Assembly: GCA_042091225.1 (NCBI GenBank)
Contig: JBELHW010000007.1
Location: forward strand, 1-59,151
Length of the DNA: 59,151 bases
Direction of reading: 5' to 3'
Source of the DNA: Cryomorphaceae bacterium
Lineage (GTDB): Bacteria; Bacteroidota; Bacteroidia; Flavobacteriales; UBA7312
Program-made: the position numbers and the translations under genes
The notes under the pieces: model-generated
Seen by the model: only the letters and a program-made list of their open reading frames with translations
Database searches by the model: none
What the model was told of the DNA's origin: nothing
Shown here: positions 48,428 through 56,925 of the stretch, in pieces
Numbering within the stretch: the stretch's first letter is position 1
Layout: each line of letters opens with the position of its first letter

Positions 48428-49210
48428 ATGATGAAAAAATTAATTTATATCTTTTCTTTTTTTATTCTATTCTCTTGTTCTAAAGACAGGATTATTGAAC
48501 TAGAGCCTGTGGTTTATTATCCTGAGGTTTGGAAAAAAGACTCAATGGTATATACTCTTTCGGATACACTTGGCAATGTTTTAACACAAGAAACAACTTT
48601 TTACGGAAGCTCTTTGCCAGACACTCTTACTTTTAGGTATGACGATAATAGGTTTGTAAGAAACTACATTATTGAAGAAGATAATGGCGTAAGCCTTGAG
48701 GTTGATAGTGGGTCTTTTGTGTTAAACACTGATTCTGTTTTGTTGTTTGGATTAAATGATACAAGTCGATATGGACTTTCTCAAAAATCGGATAGCACAC
48801 TCATTATTGACAGAAACGTAGTTACAAACTATGTTAAAACATATACTACTTATTATCAAATAATAAATACATCAATAGAACAAGAGGTTCGTTTTTATGC
48901 AGATATTTATGTGCCTATTTTCTACAACGACGGAAACGGGAAGTGTATGCCTTGCCACTCTACAGGAACGTTATATCCTGTAGAGCTAATGCCTATTGAC
49001 GTAGCTTATCAAGATTTAATTACTGGCTACAACCAAGAGGGCGAACCTTACATAAACCTTTTGCAACCCCAAGAAAGTTATTTGTACAAACAAATAACGG
49101 GTCAAACACAGCCAATGATGCCCACCGCTTCTAGCGAAAGAGGCCCTCTCAACAGTTATGAAATTAGCACTGTTTTGAAGTGGATAGAGCAAGGCGCGCC
49201 CAACAATTAG
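48428..49210 (+). CDS. Lipoprotein with C-terminal monoheme cytochrome c domain
   Basis: Lipobox LFSC; 'CMPCH', 'SYLYKQI...MMP...WIEQGAPNN' (planctomycete cytochrome C-like pattern). Confidence 0.8.
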   Translation: MMKKLIYIFSFFILFSCSKDRIIELEPVVYYPEVWKKDSMVYTLSDTLGNVLTQETTFYGSSLPDTLTFRYDDNRFVRNYIIEEDNGVSLEVDSGSFVLNTDSVLLFGLNDTSRYGLSQKSDSTLIIDRNVVTNYVKTYTTYYQIINTSIEQEVRFYADIYVPIFYNDGNGKCMPCHSTGTLYPVELMPIDVAYQDLITGYNQEGEPYINLLQPQESYLYKQITGQTQPMMPTASSERGPLNSYEISTVLKWIEQGAPNN

Positions 49211-49263
49211 CCTTCTGACCAAGTAAGAGTTGGTAGTTTTTATAAAGTGTAAAAATTTCTTCG

Positions 49264-49271
49264 TATCTTTG
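49264..49271 (+). promoter_or_regulatory. -7 box (TATCTTTG) upstream of the lysyl-oxidase-like gene
   Basis: Exact TAnnTTTG match 34 nt upstream of the ATG. Confidence 0.6.
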
Positions 49272-49304
49272 CCCCCTACTTAACTAACTTTAACAAGTGC
49301 TATT

Positions 49305-51455
49305 ATGTCTAAATTCTTTTCTTTTTTATTAATTGCCTTTATGCCTGTTTTAGGCTTTGCTCAATGTACTATCAACGATGCTACTGATTGTGAATGTGAA
49401 AATCCAAACGATGTAGATTGTGATTTGTTACCAGACATTACTGTTTCATGGCAGCACGGTACTAATGACTACACAGAATATCCTCCTGGTGAAGGTCTAC
49501 AAGACGGTGAAATTAATTATCCGGAAAACTGGTTTGAAATTACTCCTGAAGTTGAGGCTATGGGGCGAATAAGAGTTGGTGCTAGAACCCCTAATATTGG
49601 TGTGGGGCCTCTAAACTTAAGAGGTGCTGACCAAGACGGAAATAGATGGATGATCTGTTACGATAGTGGTGTTGCGGATACTTTCTTGGTAAATGATCCA
49701 AACTGGAACGAGTCGTCTTACTGTCCTGACGGATCAAGCCCAAAACACATTTCTTGGCAGAGGGTTTATCATAAAAACGCAGATGGATCAATGAGTTTTT
49801 ATGAAGTAATGGTAGGTACTATGGAATATCACCCTAGCCATGGACACATGCACTTTGACGAATGGACTATTATGACCTTAAGAAAGCCTGACCCAAACAA
49901 TATGGACAACCCTACAGATTGGGAGGTTATTGGAGACGGTGCAAAAGTTGGTTTTTGTGTAATGGACTTAGGAAATTGTAGCAGTGAAAATGCCGGCTGT
50001 AGAGATGATGAGTCTACCTACAATGAGGGGAACCTTTTGTCGGAAGATGATTTTCCTAACTATGGTTTAGGTGGTGGTCAATACGGCTGTAGCCCTGTTT
50101 CGCAAGGTATTTCTTCTGGCTATAACGATACTTATGGTTCTTACTTAGACGGCATGTATTTAAACATTCCTCTTGGAACTTGTAACGGCGACTATGCTGT
50201 TGTTTTAGAAGTTCCTCAGGTCATGGTAGAGTCAAACTTAGACAATAATTATACTTGGTTCCCTATTACTTTAACTCAACAATCGGAAGGAACTCCTCCT
50301 ACAACTGTTACTTCTTCTTCTGAAGGACTACTTTGTGAGGGTGAGGTAGTTGAACTCTCGGTTTCTTCTACTCCTGGCTCCACGATTGAATGGTCAAACG
50401 GAATGACGGGATCCTCAATAGAGGTAACAGAACTAGGAAGCTACACTGTTACTGTTGTAGACGACTCTTACAACTGTGCTTACACGGAAACAATTAGTCT
50501 TTCTGGTATTGACAGCCCTGATGTTGACCCTGTTACTTCTTGTAGAAACGAAGTAGCAAATTTATATGCTAGTTCAGAAAACGATATTACTTGGTATGAC
50601 GAAAATTATAATGTGGTTGGACAAGGAGAATCTTTCCAAACCGATGTGTTGACAAGTGACGCTGTGTTCTATGTAAACACTAGTATTTCTTCTTACAACA
50701 CAGCTCCTGAGCAACACGAAGGTGAAAACGAATACAGTGGAGGTGAAAACTCAAACGGTTATATTCTTTTCGACGCTTTAGATGATTTTACTTTAACAAG
50801 CGTTGAGGTGTACACTAACGAGCCGGGTGAAAGAAAAATTATGCTTTGGGATGGTGACGGAAACGTAGTGGCTACACATGTTGAAGACGTAGGCTTTTCT
50901 GACAACGAGCCACACCTTATTACTTTAAATTTTGATATTCCTGCAGGAACAAACTATGTTTTAGGAACTGATACGACAACAAACGAGGATAACTTTAATG
51001 GAGGAAACCCATTGTTAAAAAGAACAGACGGAACTGGCTTAAGCTACCCTTACGTTATTGATAATTTAGTTTCAATTGAAAACTCACCTTACGGTACTGA
51101 TTGGTATTATTACTTCTATAATTGGGAGGTTTCTATAGAGCCAATTGAGTGTGACATGGTAATGGTTCCGGTAACAGTTGAAGACTGCTCTTCTATTAAT
51201 GAAAATATTATTTCTTTAGACGTATACCCTAACCCTTCTAAAGGTACGGTTAATTTAGAAATGAGTTTGAAACAATCTAGTGTAATAAACGTAGAATTGT
51301 TAAGTGTTGTAGGCGACGTTGTGTTTGCTGAAACTCTTGGTAAAAACAAAGAATTAAACAAGACTTTTGACTGGTCTCATTTATCTGCGGGTATATACAC
51401 CATTCAAATTTCTTCTAATGGTCAGAATAAAGTTGAAAAAATTATTATCAAATAA
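49305..51455 (+). CDS. Lysyl-oxidase-family protein with Ig-like domains and T9SS type-A sorting domain
   Basis: 'LLPDI', 'PNIGVGPL', 'YHPSHGHMHFDEW' (Cu-His), 'GAKVGFCVMD' (LTQ Lys), 'QGISSGYNDTY' (LTQ Tyr), 'NGDY...ESNLDNN'; C-terminal 'VYPNPSKG...LSAGIYTIQI...EKIIIK'. Confidence 0.85.
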   Translation: MSKFFSFLLIAFMPVLGFAQCTINDATDCECENPNDVDCDLLPDITVSWQHGTNDYTEYPPGEGLQDGEINYPENWFEITPEVEAMGRIRVGARTPNIGVGPLNLRGADQDGNRWMICYDSGVADTFLVNDPNWNESSYCPDGSSPKHISWQRVYHKNADGSMSFYEVMVGTMEYHPSHGHMHFDEWTIMTLRKPDPNNMDNPTDWEVIGDGAKVGFCVMDLGNCSSENAGCRDDESTYNEGNLLSEDDFPNYGLGGGQYGCSPVSQGISSGYNDTYGSYLDGMYLNIPLGTCNGDYAVVLEVPQVMVESNLDNNYTWFPITLTQQSEGTPPTTVTSSSEGLLCEGEVVELSVSSTPGSTIEWSNGMTGSSIEVTELGSYTVTVVDDSYNCAYTETISLSGIDSPDVDPVTSCRNEVANLYASSENDITWYDENYNVVGQGESFQTDVLTSDAVFYVNTSISSYNTAPEQHEGENEYSGGENSNGYILFDALDDFTLTSVEVYTNEPGERKIMLWDGDGNVVATHVEDVGFSDNEPHLITLNFDIPAGTNYVLGTDTTTNEDNFNGGNPLLKRTDGTGLSYPYVIDNLVSIENSPYGTDWYYYFYNWEVSIEPIECDMVMVPVTVEDCSSINENIISLDVYPNPSKGTVNLEMSLKQSSVINVELLSVVGDVVFAETLGKNKELNKTFDWSHLSAGIYTIQISSNGQNKVEKIIIK

Positions 51456-52614
51456 ACTTTTACTCCTATTTATATTATTTCAAACAGGGCCTCTAGGGGC
51501 CCTGTTTGGTCAAAATACGTGGGCTGTATTTAATACGGAAAACACGATAATGGTTGAAAACCAAATAAACTGTTTATTGGTAGACAACAATCAAAACCTT
51601 TGGGTTGGCACGAACTGGGGTTTATATTTAAAAAGCGGAAGTGATTGGCAAGATTATAGCGCCAACATTCCAAATCCGCAAGTAAGGTCTTTAAGCTTAG
51701 ATAATGAAGGAAATTTGTGGGTAGGCACCCTAAGCGGACTTTGTGTTAAAGAAGACAACAATTGGACTACCTACGACAACCAAAACAGCATATTAAATAA
51801 TCAAATAAACGATGTTGTTGTAGACGACAGCGGCACTATTTATATTGGAACAATAGACGGCTTATTTAAATACAACAGTGAATTTTCATTAGTATTGGAT
51901 ACTTCGTCTTTAGAAAATTCTTTTATTAATATAAGGTCTTTGGCTTTTAAAGGCGACTCTTTAGTTATAGGAACAATTAATGGTGGCTTAGGTTATTTGT
52001 ATAATGATAGTATGATTTGGCACAACGCTTCAACGAGCGGATTAATAGACAACACCAGTATTGATATAGCTATTGATAGCAATAATAACGTTTGGTTAGC
52101 CGCGCCTTATGGAGGGTTAATTTCTCATTTGGCAAGCGGTAATTGGTTGACTTATAATACAGGAGAAAACAATCAATGGCCATCAAACAGCCTTACCTCC
52201 TTATTATTTGATGAGCAACAATTTTTGTATGTAGGATCTAACGGTGCAGGTTTTTTTAAATTTTATTACGTTAATGGGGTGCCAACAACTGAGGCTTATA
52301 ACAGTGAAAATAGTCCTCTTCCTAATGATCATGTTTTGTGTCTCGCTAAAAGCGAAAACGATTATTGGTTTGGCACAGAACAAGGCTTGGTAAGGTGGGG
52401 AACCTCTGTCTCTGTTACAGAAAATAAATCTCAAATGTTTGTTCTACAAAACAATACCCTCATTTTTACAGACAATCAAAAAATAGACATCTACTCAACA
52501 ACAGGTCAACTAGTGTATTCCGAATATGGAACGGTTTTTGATATAAGCCCTCTAAAAAAAGGTGTTTATATCCTTCTTAGTAATTCTGAAATTGCTAAAT
52601 TTATCGTTAATTAA
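51418..52614 (+). CDS. Beta-propeller (Reg_prop/PorZ-like repeat) protein with T9SS sorting tail
   Basis: Repeated 'D..gnLWVGT..GL' blades, 'NSPLPND.V', tail 'IYSTTGQLV...LKKGVYIL...KFIVN'; start ATG 51418 or TTG 51433. Confidence 0.8.
   Translation: MVRIKLKKLLSNKLLLLFILFQTGPLGALFGQNTWAVFNTENTIMVENQINCLLVDNNQNLWVGTNWGLYLKSGSDWQDYSANIPNPQVRSLSLDNEGNLWVGTLSGLCVKEDNNWTTYDNQNSILNNQINDVVVDDSGTIYIGTIDGLFKYNSEFSLVLDTSSLENSFINIRSLAFKGDSLVIGTINGGLGYLYNDSMIWHNASTSGLIDNTSIDIAIDSNNNVWLAAPYGGLISHLASGNWLTYNTGENNQWPSNSLTSLLFDEQQFLYVGSNGAGFFKFYYVNGVPTTEAYNSENSPLPNDHVLCLAKSENDYWFGTEQGLVRWGTSVSVTENKSQMFVLQNNTLIFTDNQKIDIYSTTGQLVYSEYGTVFDISPLKKGVYILLSNSEIAKFIVN
51481..51508 (+). terminator. GC-rich hairpin 26 nt downstream of the lysyl-oxidase-like stop, inside the next CDS
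   Basis: CAAACAGGGCC-tctagg-GGCCCTGTTTG, perfect 11 bp stem. Confidence 0.55.
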
Positions 52615-53644
52615 GCTTTGGTCTTTCGTCTCGGTTGGCTAACTCCCAAGCAGTTAAAAAAATGAGTCTGGCTATTTTTTCTACCTTTTCATAATTTATT
52701 TTATCTGCCGTATCTGTTGGCTGGTGGTAATCTTCGTGCAAACCGTTAAAATAAAAAATTACTGGTATATCGTTTTTTGCAAAATTATAGTGATCCGAAC
52801 GATAATAGTATCTATTAGGATCGTCTTCAGAATTAAAGGTATAATCTAACTTTAAATTATAGCTTTTTCTGTTTACCTCCTCACTTATTTCGTGCAAGTC
52901 TGTACTTAACCTGTCCGAACCAATTAGATAAACATAATCTGGGTTATCGTAAATATCATCAACTCTTCCAATCATGTCAATATTAAGGTTGGTAATAGTG
53001 TTTTTTAAGGGATAAATGGGATTATCTGTATAATATTTAGAGCCCAACAAACCTTTCTCTTCTCCTGAGACAGCCATTATAAGAATACTTCTTCTTGGTC
53101 CAAAACCATTTTTCTTAGCCTCCATAAATGCTTGTGCAATTTCTAATGCGGCACCTGTTCCTGAAGCATCATCATCAGCTCCATTAAAGACTTCTCCATC
53201 ATGAGTTCCTAAATGATCGTAATGAGCTGTAATAATAATTATTTCTTTTTTTAAATCTGTGCCTTCAATAAAACCCAGTACATTTTCTCCTTGAATTTGA
53301 GATGAGTTTTTTCTTTTTCCTAAAGACTTTGAATCACAAGTACTGCATTTACAATTGTGTCTTTTAGATTTAACGGTAAATTCTTGGTAATAGGTTTTTC
53401 TTTTGTATGGAGAAATACCTATTTTTTTGAAATGATCGGCGATATACATAGCGGCCATTTCTTGTCCGACAGTACCCGTCTCTCTTCCTTGCATGGAATC
53501 ACTTGCTAAAGTATAAATGTGTGTTTTTAAATCTTCAACATCAATAAAATTAGCATATTTTAAGTTGTTGTTTTCTTCATTAATACTTATTACTTGAGTG
53601 TAAGCAAAAATTGGAAAGAAAATTAGTGTAATTATTTTTTTCAT
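52607..53644 (-). CDS. M28 family metallopeptidase
   Basis: 'TAHYDHLG', 'NGADDDASG', 'SGEEKGLLGS', 'NIDMIGR', 'RSDH', 'DYHQPTD'. Confidence 0.93.
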   Translation of the reverse strand: MKKIITLIFFPIFAYTQVISINEENNNLKYANFIDVEDLKTHIYTLASDSMQGRETGTVGQEMAAMYIADHFKKIGISPYKRKTYYQEFTVKSKRHNCKCSTCDSKSLGKRKNSSQIQGENVLGFIEGTDLKKEIIIITAHYDHLGTHDGEVFNGADDDASGTGAALEIAQAFMEAKKNGFGPRRSILIMAVSGEEKGLLGSKYYTDNPIYPLKNTITNLNIDMIGRVDDIYDNPDYVYLIGSDRLSTDLHEISEEVNRKSYNLKLDYTFNSEDDPNRYYYRSDHYNFAKNDIPVIFYFNGLHEDYHQPTDTADKINYEKVEKIARLIFLTAWELANRDERPKLN

Positions 53645-53657
53645 TGTGATATTTATT

Positions 53658-54098
53658 TTAACAAGCAGCTATTTTATCCACTCTACGTTGGTGTCTTCCT
53701 CCTTCAAATTGTGTGTTTAAAAAGGTGTCAATTATTTTAAATGCTTTTTCTAATGAAATGAAACGAGCAGGCATTGTGCAAATATTTGCATTGTTATGTA
53801 GCCTTGCTAGTTCGGCAATATCTTCTTGCCAACATAATGCTGAACGGACCCCTTGATGTTTATTTGCAGACATGTTTATTCCGTTACCTGAACCACAAAA
53901 TTGTATACCCAATTGTAGTTCTCCACTATCAATGTTTTTTGATAGTTGGTGTGCAAAGTCAGGATAATCAACACTTTGATCACTATAACAACCAAAATCT
54001 TTAACTTCTAATCCTTTAGATTGTAAATAATTAATTACTTTTTCTTTGTATTCAAATCCTGCATGATCACAAGCAATTCCTATTTTTTTTATGTCCAT
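53658..54098 (-). CDS. rpiB: Ribose-5-phosphate isomerase B
   Basis: 'DHAG', 'SVDYPDF', 'CGSGNG', 'ARLHNNAN', 'FEGGRHQRR'. Confidence 0.96.
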   Translation of the reverse strand: MDIKKIGIACDHAGFEYKEKVINYLQSKGLEVKDFGCYSDQSVDYPDFAHQLSKNIDSGELQLGIQFCGSGNGINMSANKHQGVRSALCWQEDIAELARLHNNANICTMPARFISLEKAFKIIDTFLNTQFEGGRHQRRVDKIAAC

Positions 54099-54557
54099 TT
54101 TTTTATAAAAATATAGTGTTTATAAATAAAGTTAATATGATTACTATTCTTAACAAAAAAAAACTTTTAATTGTTAATAGTAGTTAGAAACTTTTATAAA
54201 TTATTGTTGTTTATTAATTTAATTAAATGAATTGTAAAATTAAATGATTTAGTAATCATTTTAACTTAAAATTAAATAACAAATTGTAAGCAAATAACTA
54301 ACATTTTAAAGAATAAATAAGCTAAAAAATTATCAATATTTATATGTTAATTAGCATTTTAACAATTATATCTCTTTTGTTAAAATTATAAATAATATAT
54401 TGATTTTCAAATAGTTAAATTTAAATTGATTGTTTAATATTTGTTATTAATATTTAATAAAGTAATAAAACAATAAAATTAGTTTTTTGTTATTAACTCA
54501 ACTAACAGACTATTATCATTATTATATTTTATTAAAGAATTAAAGAATATATATATA
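54099..54557. other. oriC: Candidate chromosomal replication origin (oriC)
   Basis: 459 bp very AT-rich non-coding gap, the largest in the window; repeated TTATTAACA-like 9-mers on both strands; tandem boxes 54490-54507 followed by trios CTA-TTA-TCA-TTA-TTA (54510-54524) and an AT/TA run; IHF consensus at 54393-54405; parS in the same window. Confidence 0.7.
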
Positions 54558-56675
54558 TTATAAAATTACTAAGTCTATTTCTTTTCTTTCTAAATTTACA
54601 TTTCTAATTTTTACTTTTAATTTATCTCCTAAGTAATATTTCTTTTTTGTGTTATGACCTTGAATGCAATAATCTTTTTCTTTGAAGGTATAAAAATCTC
54701 CAGGTATATCGCGCATTCTTATTAAACCTTCACACGCTGTTTCACTTACTTCTACAAAAATTCCAAAATCTGTTACTCCTGAAATAATTCCTTCAAAAGT
54801 TTCTCCAATTTTAGAAGACATATATTTCGCTTGCATATATTTAATGGATGATCTTTCTGCTTTAGCTGCTATTATCTCTCTTTCTGAAGAATGTTTACAT
54901 TGATTTACTATTTCTTTTGTTTTTTGGTCTTTTCCGTTGTTTAAATAATGAAACATTAGTCTATGTACCATTACATCAGGATATCTTCTTATAGGGCTTG
55001 TAAAGTGGGTGTAATGGTTGAATGCCAAGCCATAATGACCAATATTTTCTGTAGTATAAACTGCTTTAGCCATTGTTCTAATTGCTAATGTTTCTATCAT
55101 ATTAGATTCGTCTTTTCCTTTTACTTCTTTTAATAAACTATTCATAGAAGAAGAAATGGACTTTTTATTTTCTGTTTGAATATGGTATCCGAACTTTTTG
55201 AGAAGAATATTAAAAGTTTGTAGTTTTTCAGGATCTGGAGAATCGTGTATTCTATATACGAAGGAAAGATTTTGTTTTGCTATATATTCAGCCACTTTTT
55301 TATTAGCAAGAAGCATAAACTCTTCTATTAATTTATGAGCGTCTAAACTTTTTTTAAGATAAACAGAAACTGGGTTTCCTTGTTCATCTATTTTAAATTT
55401 TGTTTCTGATCTTTCGAAAGAAAAAGCACCAGTTTTCATTCTTTCATTTCTAAAGTTTTTAGCTATTTTATTTAAAGCATTTAATTCTGAATAAAACAAT
55501 CCTTTTTTATCTTCAATAATTTGCTGGGCATCCTCATAAGTAAATCTATGATTCGAATTAATAATAGTTTTACCAAACCATTGGTTAATAATTTTGAATT
55601 CTTTATTTATTTGAAAGACAGCAGAAAAACATAATTTTTCTTCATTAGGTCTTAAAGAACATAATTTATTAGAAAGAATTTCTGGAAGCATAGGAACAAC
55701 TCTATCAACTAAATAGACAGAGGTTGCTCTTTCTTTAGCTTCTAAATCTATAATATCATTGTTTTTAATATAATGGCTTACATCTGCTATATGAATACCA
55801 ATTTCCAAAACATCATCAGAAATATTTTTTATTGATAATGCATCATCAAAATCTTGGGCATCATAAGGATCAATAGTAAAAGTAGTAGTTTGTCTAAAAT
55901 CCTTTCTTTTATTTATTTCTTCTTTTTCAATTTTAGATGGAATAGATGTTGCATAATCTTGTAATTCTTTATTAAAATCATGAGGTAGATTATATTCAGC
56001 TAATATGGAGTGAATTTCTACGTTGTGCTCTCCAGGATAACCTAGTATTTCGATTAATTTAGCTGACGGACTTGTTTTTTTATTTCCCCAATCAATTATT
56101 TCAACAATAACTTTTTGTCCATTTTTGATGTTTTTACATTCTTTTTTAGCTAAAAAAATATCAAAATGTACTTTAGGATTTTGAACAATAACAAAGGCAG
56201 AGTGTTCACTTAGATCAACAACTCCTACAAATCGAATAGTGTTTCTTTCTATAACTTCTATAAGTTCACCTTCTGGTTTATCTTTTTTAAATTTTGAAAA
56301 TAAAGAAATAGAAACTTTATCTCCGTTAACTACATTTTTTAAATGTTTTTTATGAATAAAAACATCTTGATCCATATCATTAACTACAACATAACCACTA
56401 CCACTTGTGGTAATGTCTATAATGCCTTCTATAAAAGTTTCTTTTATAATTTTTAATTTAAATTTACCTCTACCAGTTTCTACTAACTTTTCCGATTGTT
56501 CTAATTCGGCAAGAGCAACGTTTATTACACCATAATTTTCTTCTCTTTTTAAATTTATAGCTTTTGCTAATTGCTTATAGTTGAAGCTTTTATTAGGAGA
56601 TTGATAAAAAACTTTTAATAATTCTGATTTTAATGATCTTTTATTAACTGAACGCTTTTTTTTTCTCTTCGACAT
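54558..56675 (-). CDS. rnr: Ribonuclease R
   Basis: 'FTIDPYDAQDFDDALS', 'HIADVSHY', 'LIEEFMLLAN', 'HFTSPIRRYPD', C-terminal S1. Confidence 0.97.
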   Translation of the reverse strand: MSKRKKKRSVNKRSLKSELLKVFYQSPNKSFNYKQLAKAINLKREENYGVINVALAELEQSEKLVETGRGKFKLKIIKETFIEGIIDITTSGSGYVVVNDMDQDVFIHKKHLKNVVNGDKVSISLFSKFKKDKPEGELIEVIERNTIRFVGVVDLSEHSAFVIVQNPKVHFDIFLAKKECKNIKNGQKVIVEIIDWGNKKTSPSAKLIEILGYPGEHNVEIHSILAEYNLPHDFNKELQDYATSIPSKIEKEEINKRKDFRQTTTFTIDPYDAQDFDDALSIKNISDDVLEIGIHIADVSHYIKNNDIIDLEAKERATSVYLVDRVVPMLPEILSNKLCSLRPNEEKLCFSAVFQINKEFKIINQWFGKTIINSNHRFTYEDAQQIIEDKKGLFYSELNALNKIAKNFRNERMKTGAFSFERSETKFKIDEQGNPVSVYLKKSLDAHKLIEEFMLLANKKVAEYIAKQNLSFVYRIHDSPDPEKLQTFNILLKKFGYHIQTENKKSISSSMNSLLKEVKGKDESNMIETLAIRTMAKAVYTTENIGHYGLAFNHYTHFTSPIRRYPDVMVHRLMFHYLNNGKDQKTKEIVNQCKHSSEREIIAAKAERSSIKYMQAKYMSSKIGETFEGIISGVTDFGIFVEVSETACEGLIRMRDIPGDFYTFKEKDYCIQGHNTKKKYYLGDKLKVKIRNVNLERKEIDLVIL

Positions 56676-56760
56676 GCTACGAATGTAATAATAAATAAAC
56701 GGAACTATTCGTTTCTAATGTTTAGCTTTTAATTTATTATTGTTAATTAAATATATAATT

Positions 56761-56925
56761 ATGAAAAATGGTGCTCTAATAGGTATTCTGTTTATTTTAA
56801 TAGGTATTTTATTTTTACTAAATAATCTGAATATACTGGATGTTTCTTTAATAGAGATAGTTAAAGTTTATTGGCCAGTAATTTTAATTTGGTTAGGTGC
56901 AGACAAGCTTTTACGAAGCAAGTAA
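56761..56925 (+). CDS. Small two-TM LiaI/LiaF-like (DUF5668-like) membrane protein
   Basis: 'GILFILIGILFLLNNLNI...YWPVILIWLG' pattern; ATG at 56761. Confidence 0.7.
   Translation: MKNGALIGILFILIGILFLLNNLNILDVSLIEIVKVYWPVILIWLGADKLLRSK

Noticed and set aside
6616-54004. Numerous short antisense or alternate-frame ORFs in the track (e.g. 7570-7917, 22201-22479, 32931-33299, 37605-38018, 49591-49791)
   Set aside because: They lie within or opposite well-supported genes and have no recognisable motifs; 22201-22479 is the antisense of tatA
54099-54557. CRISPR leader/array or ncRNA in the AT-rich gap
   Set aside because: No regularly spaced repeats, no cas genes and no stable GC-containing stems; oriC explains it better
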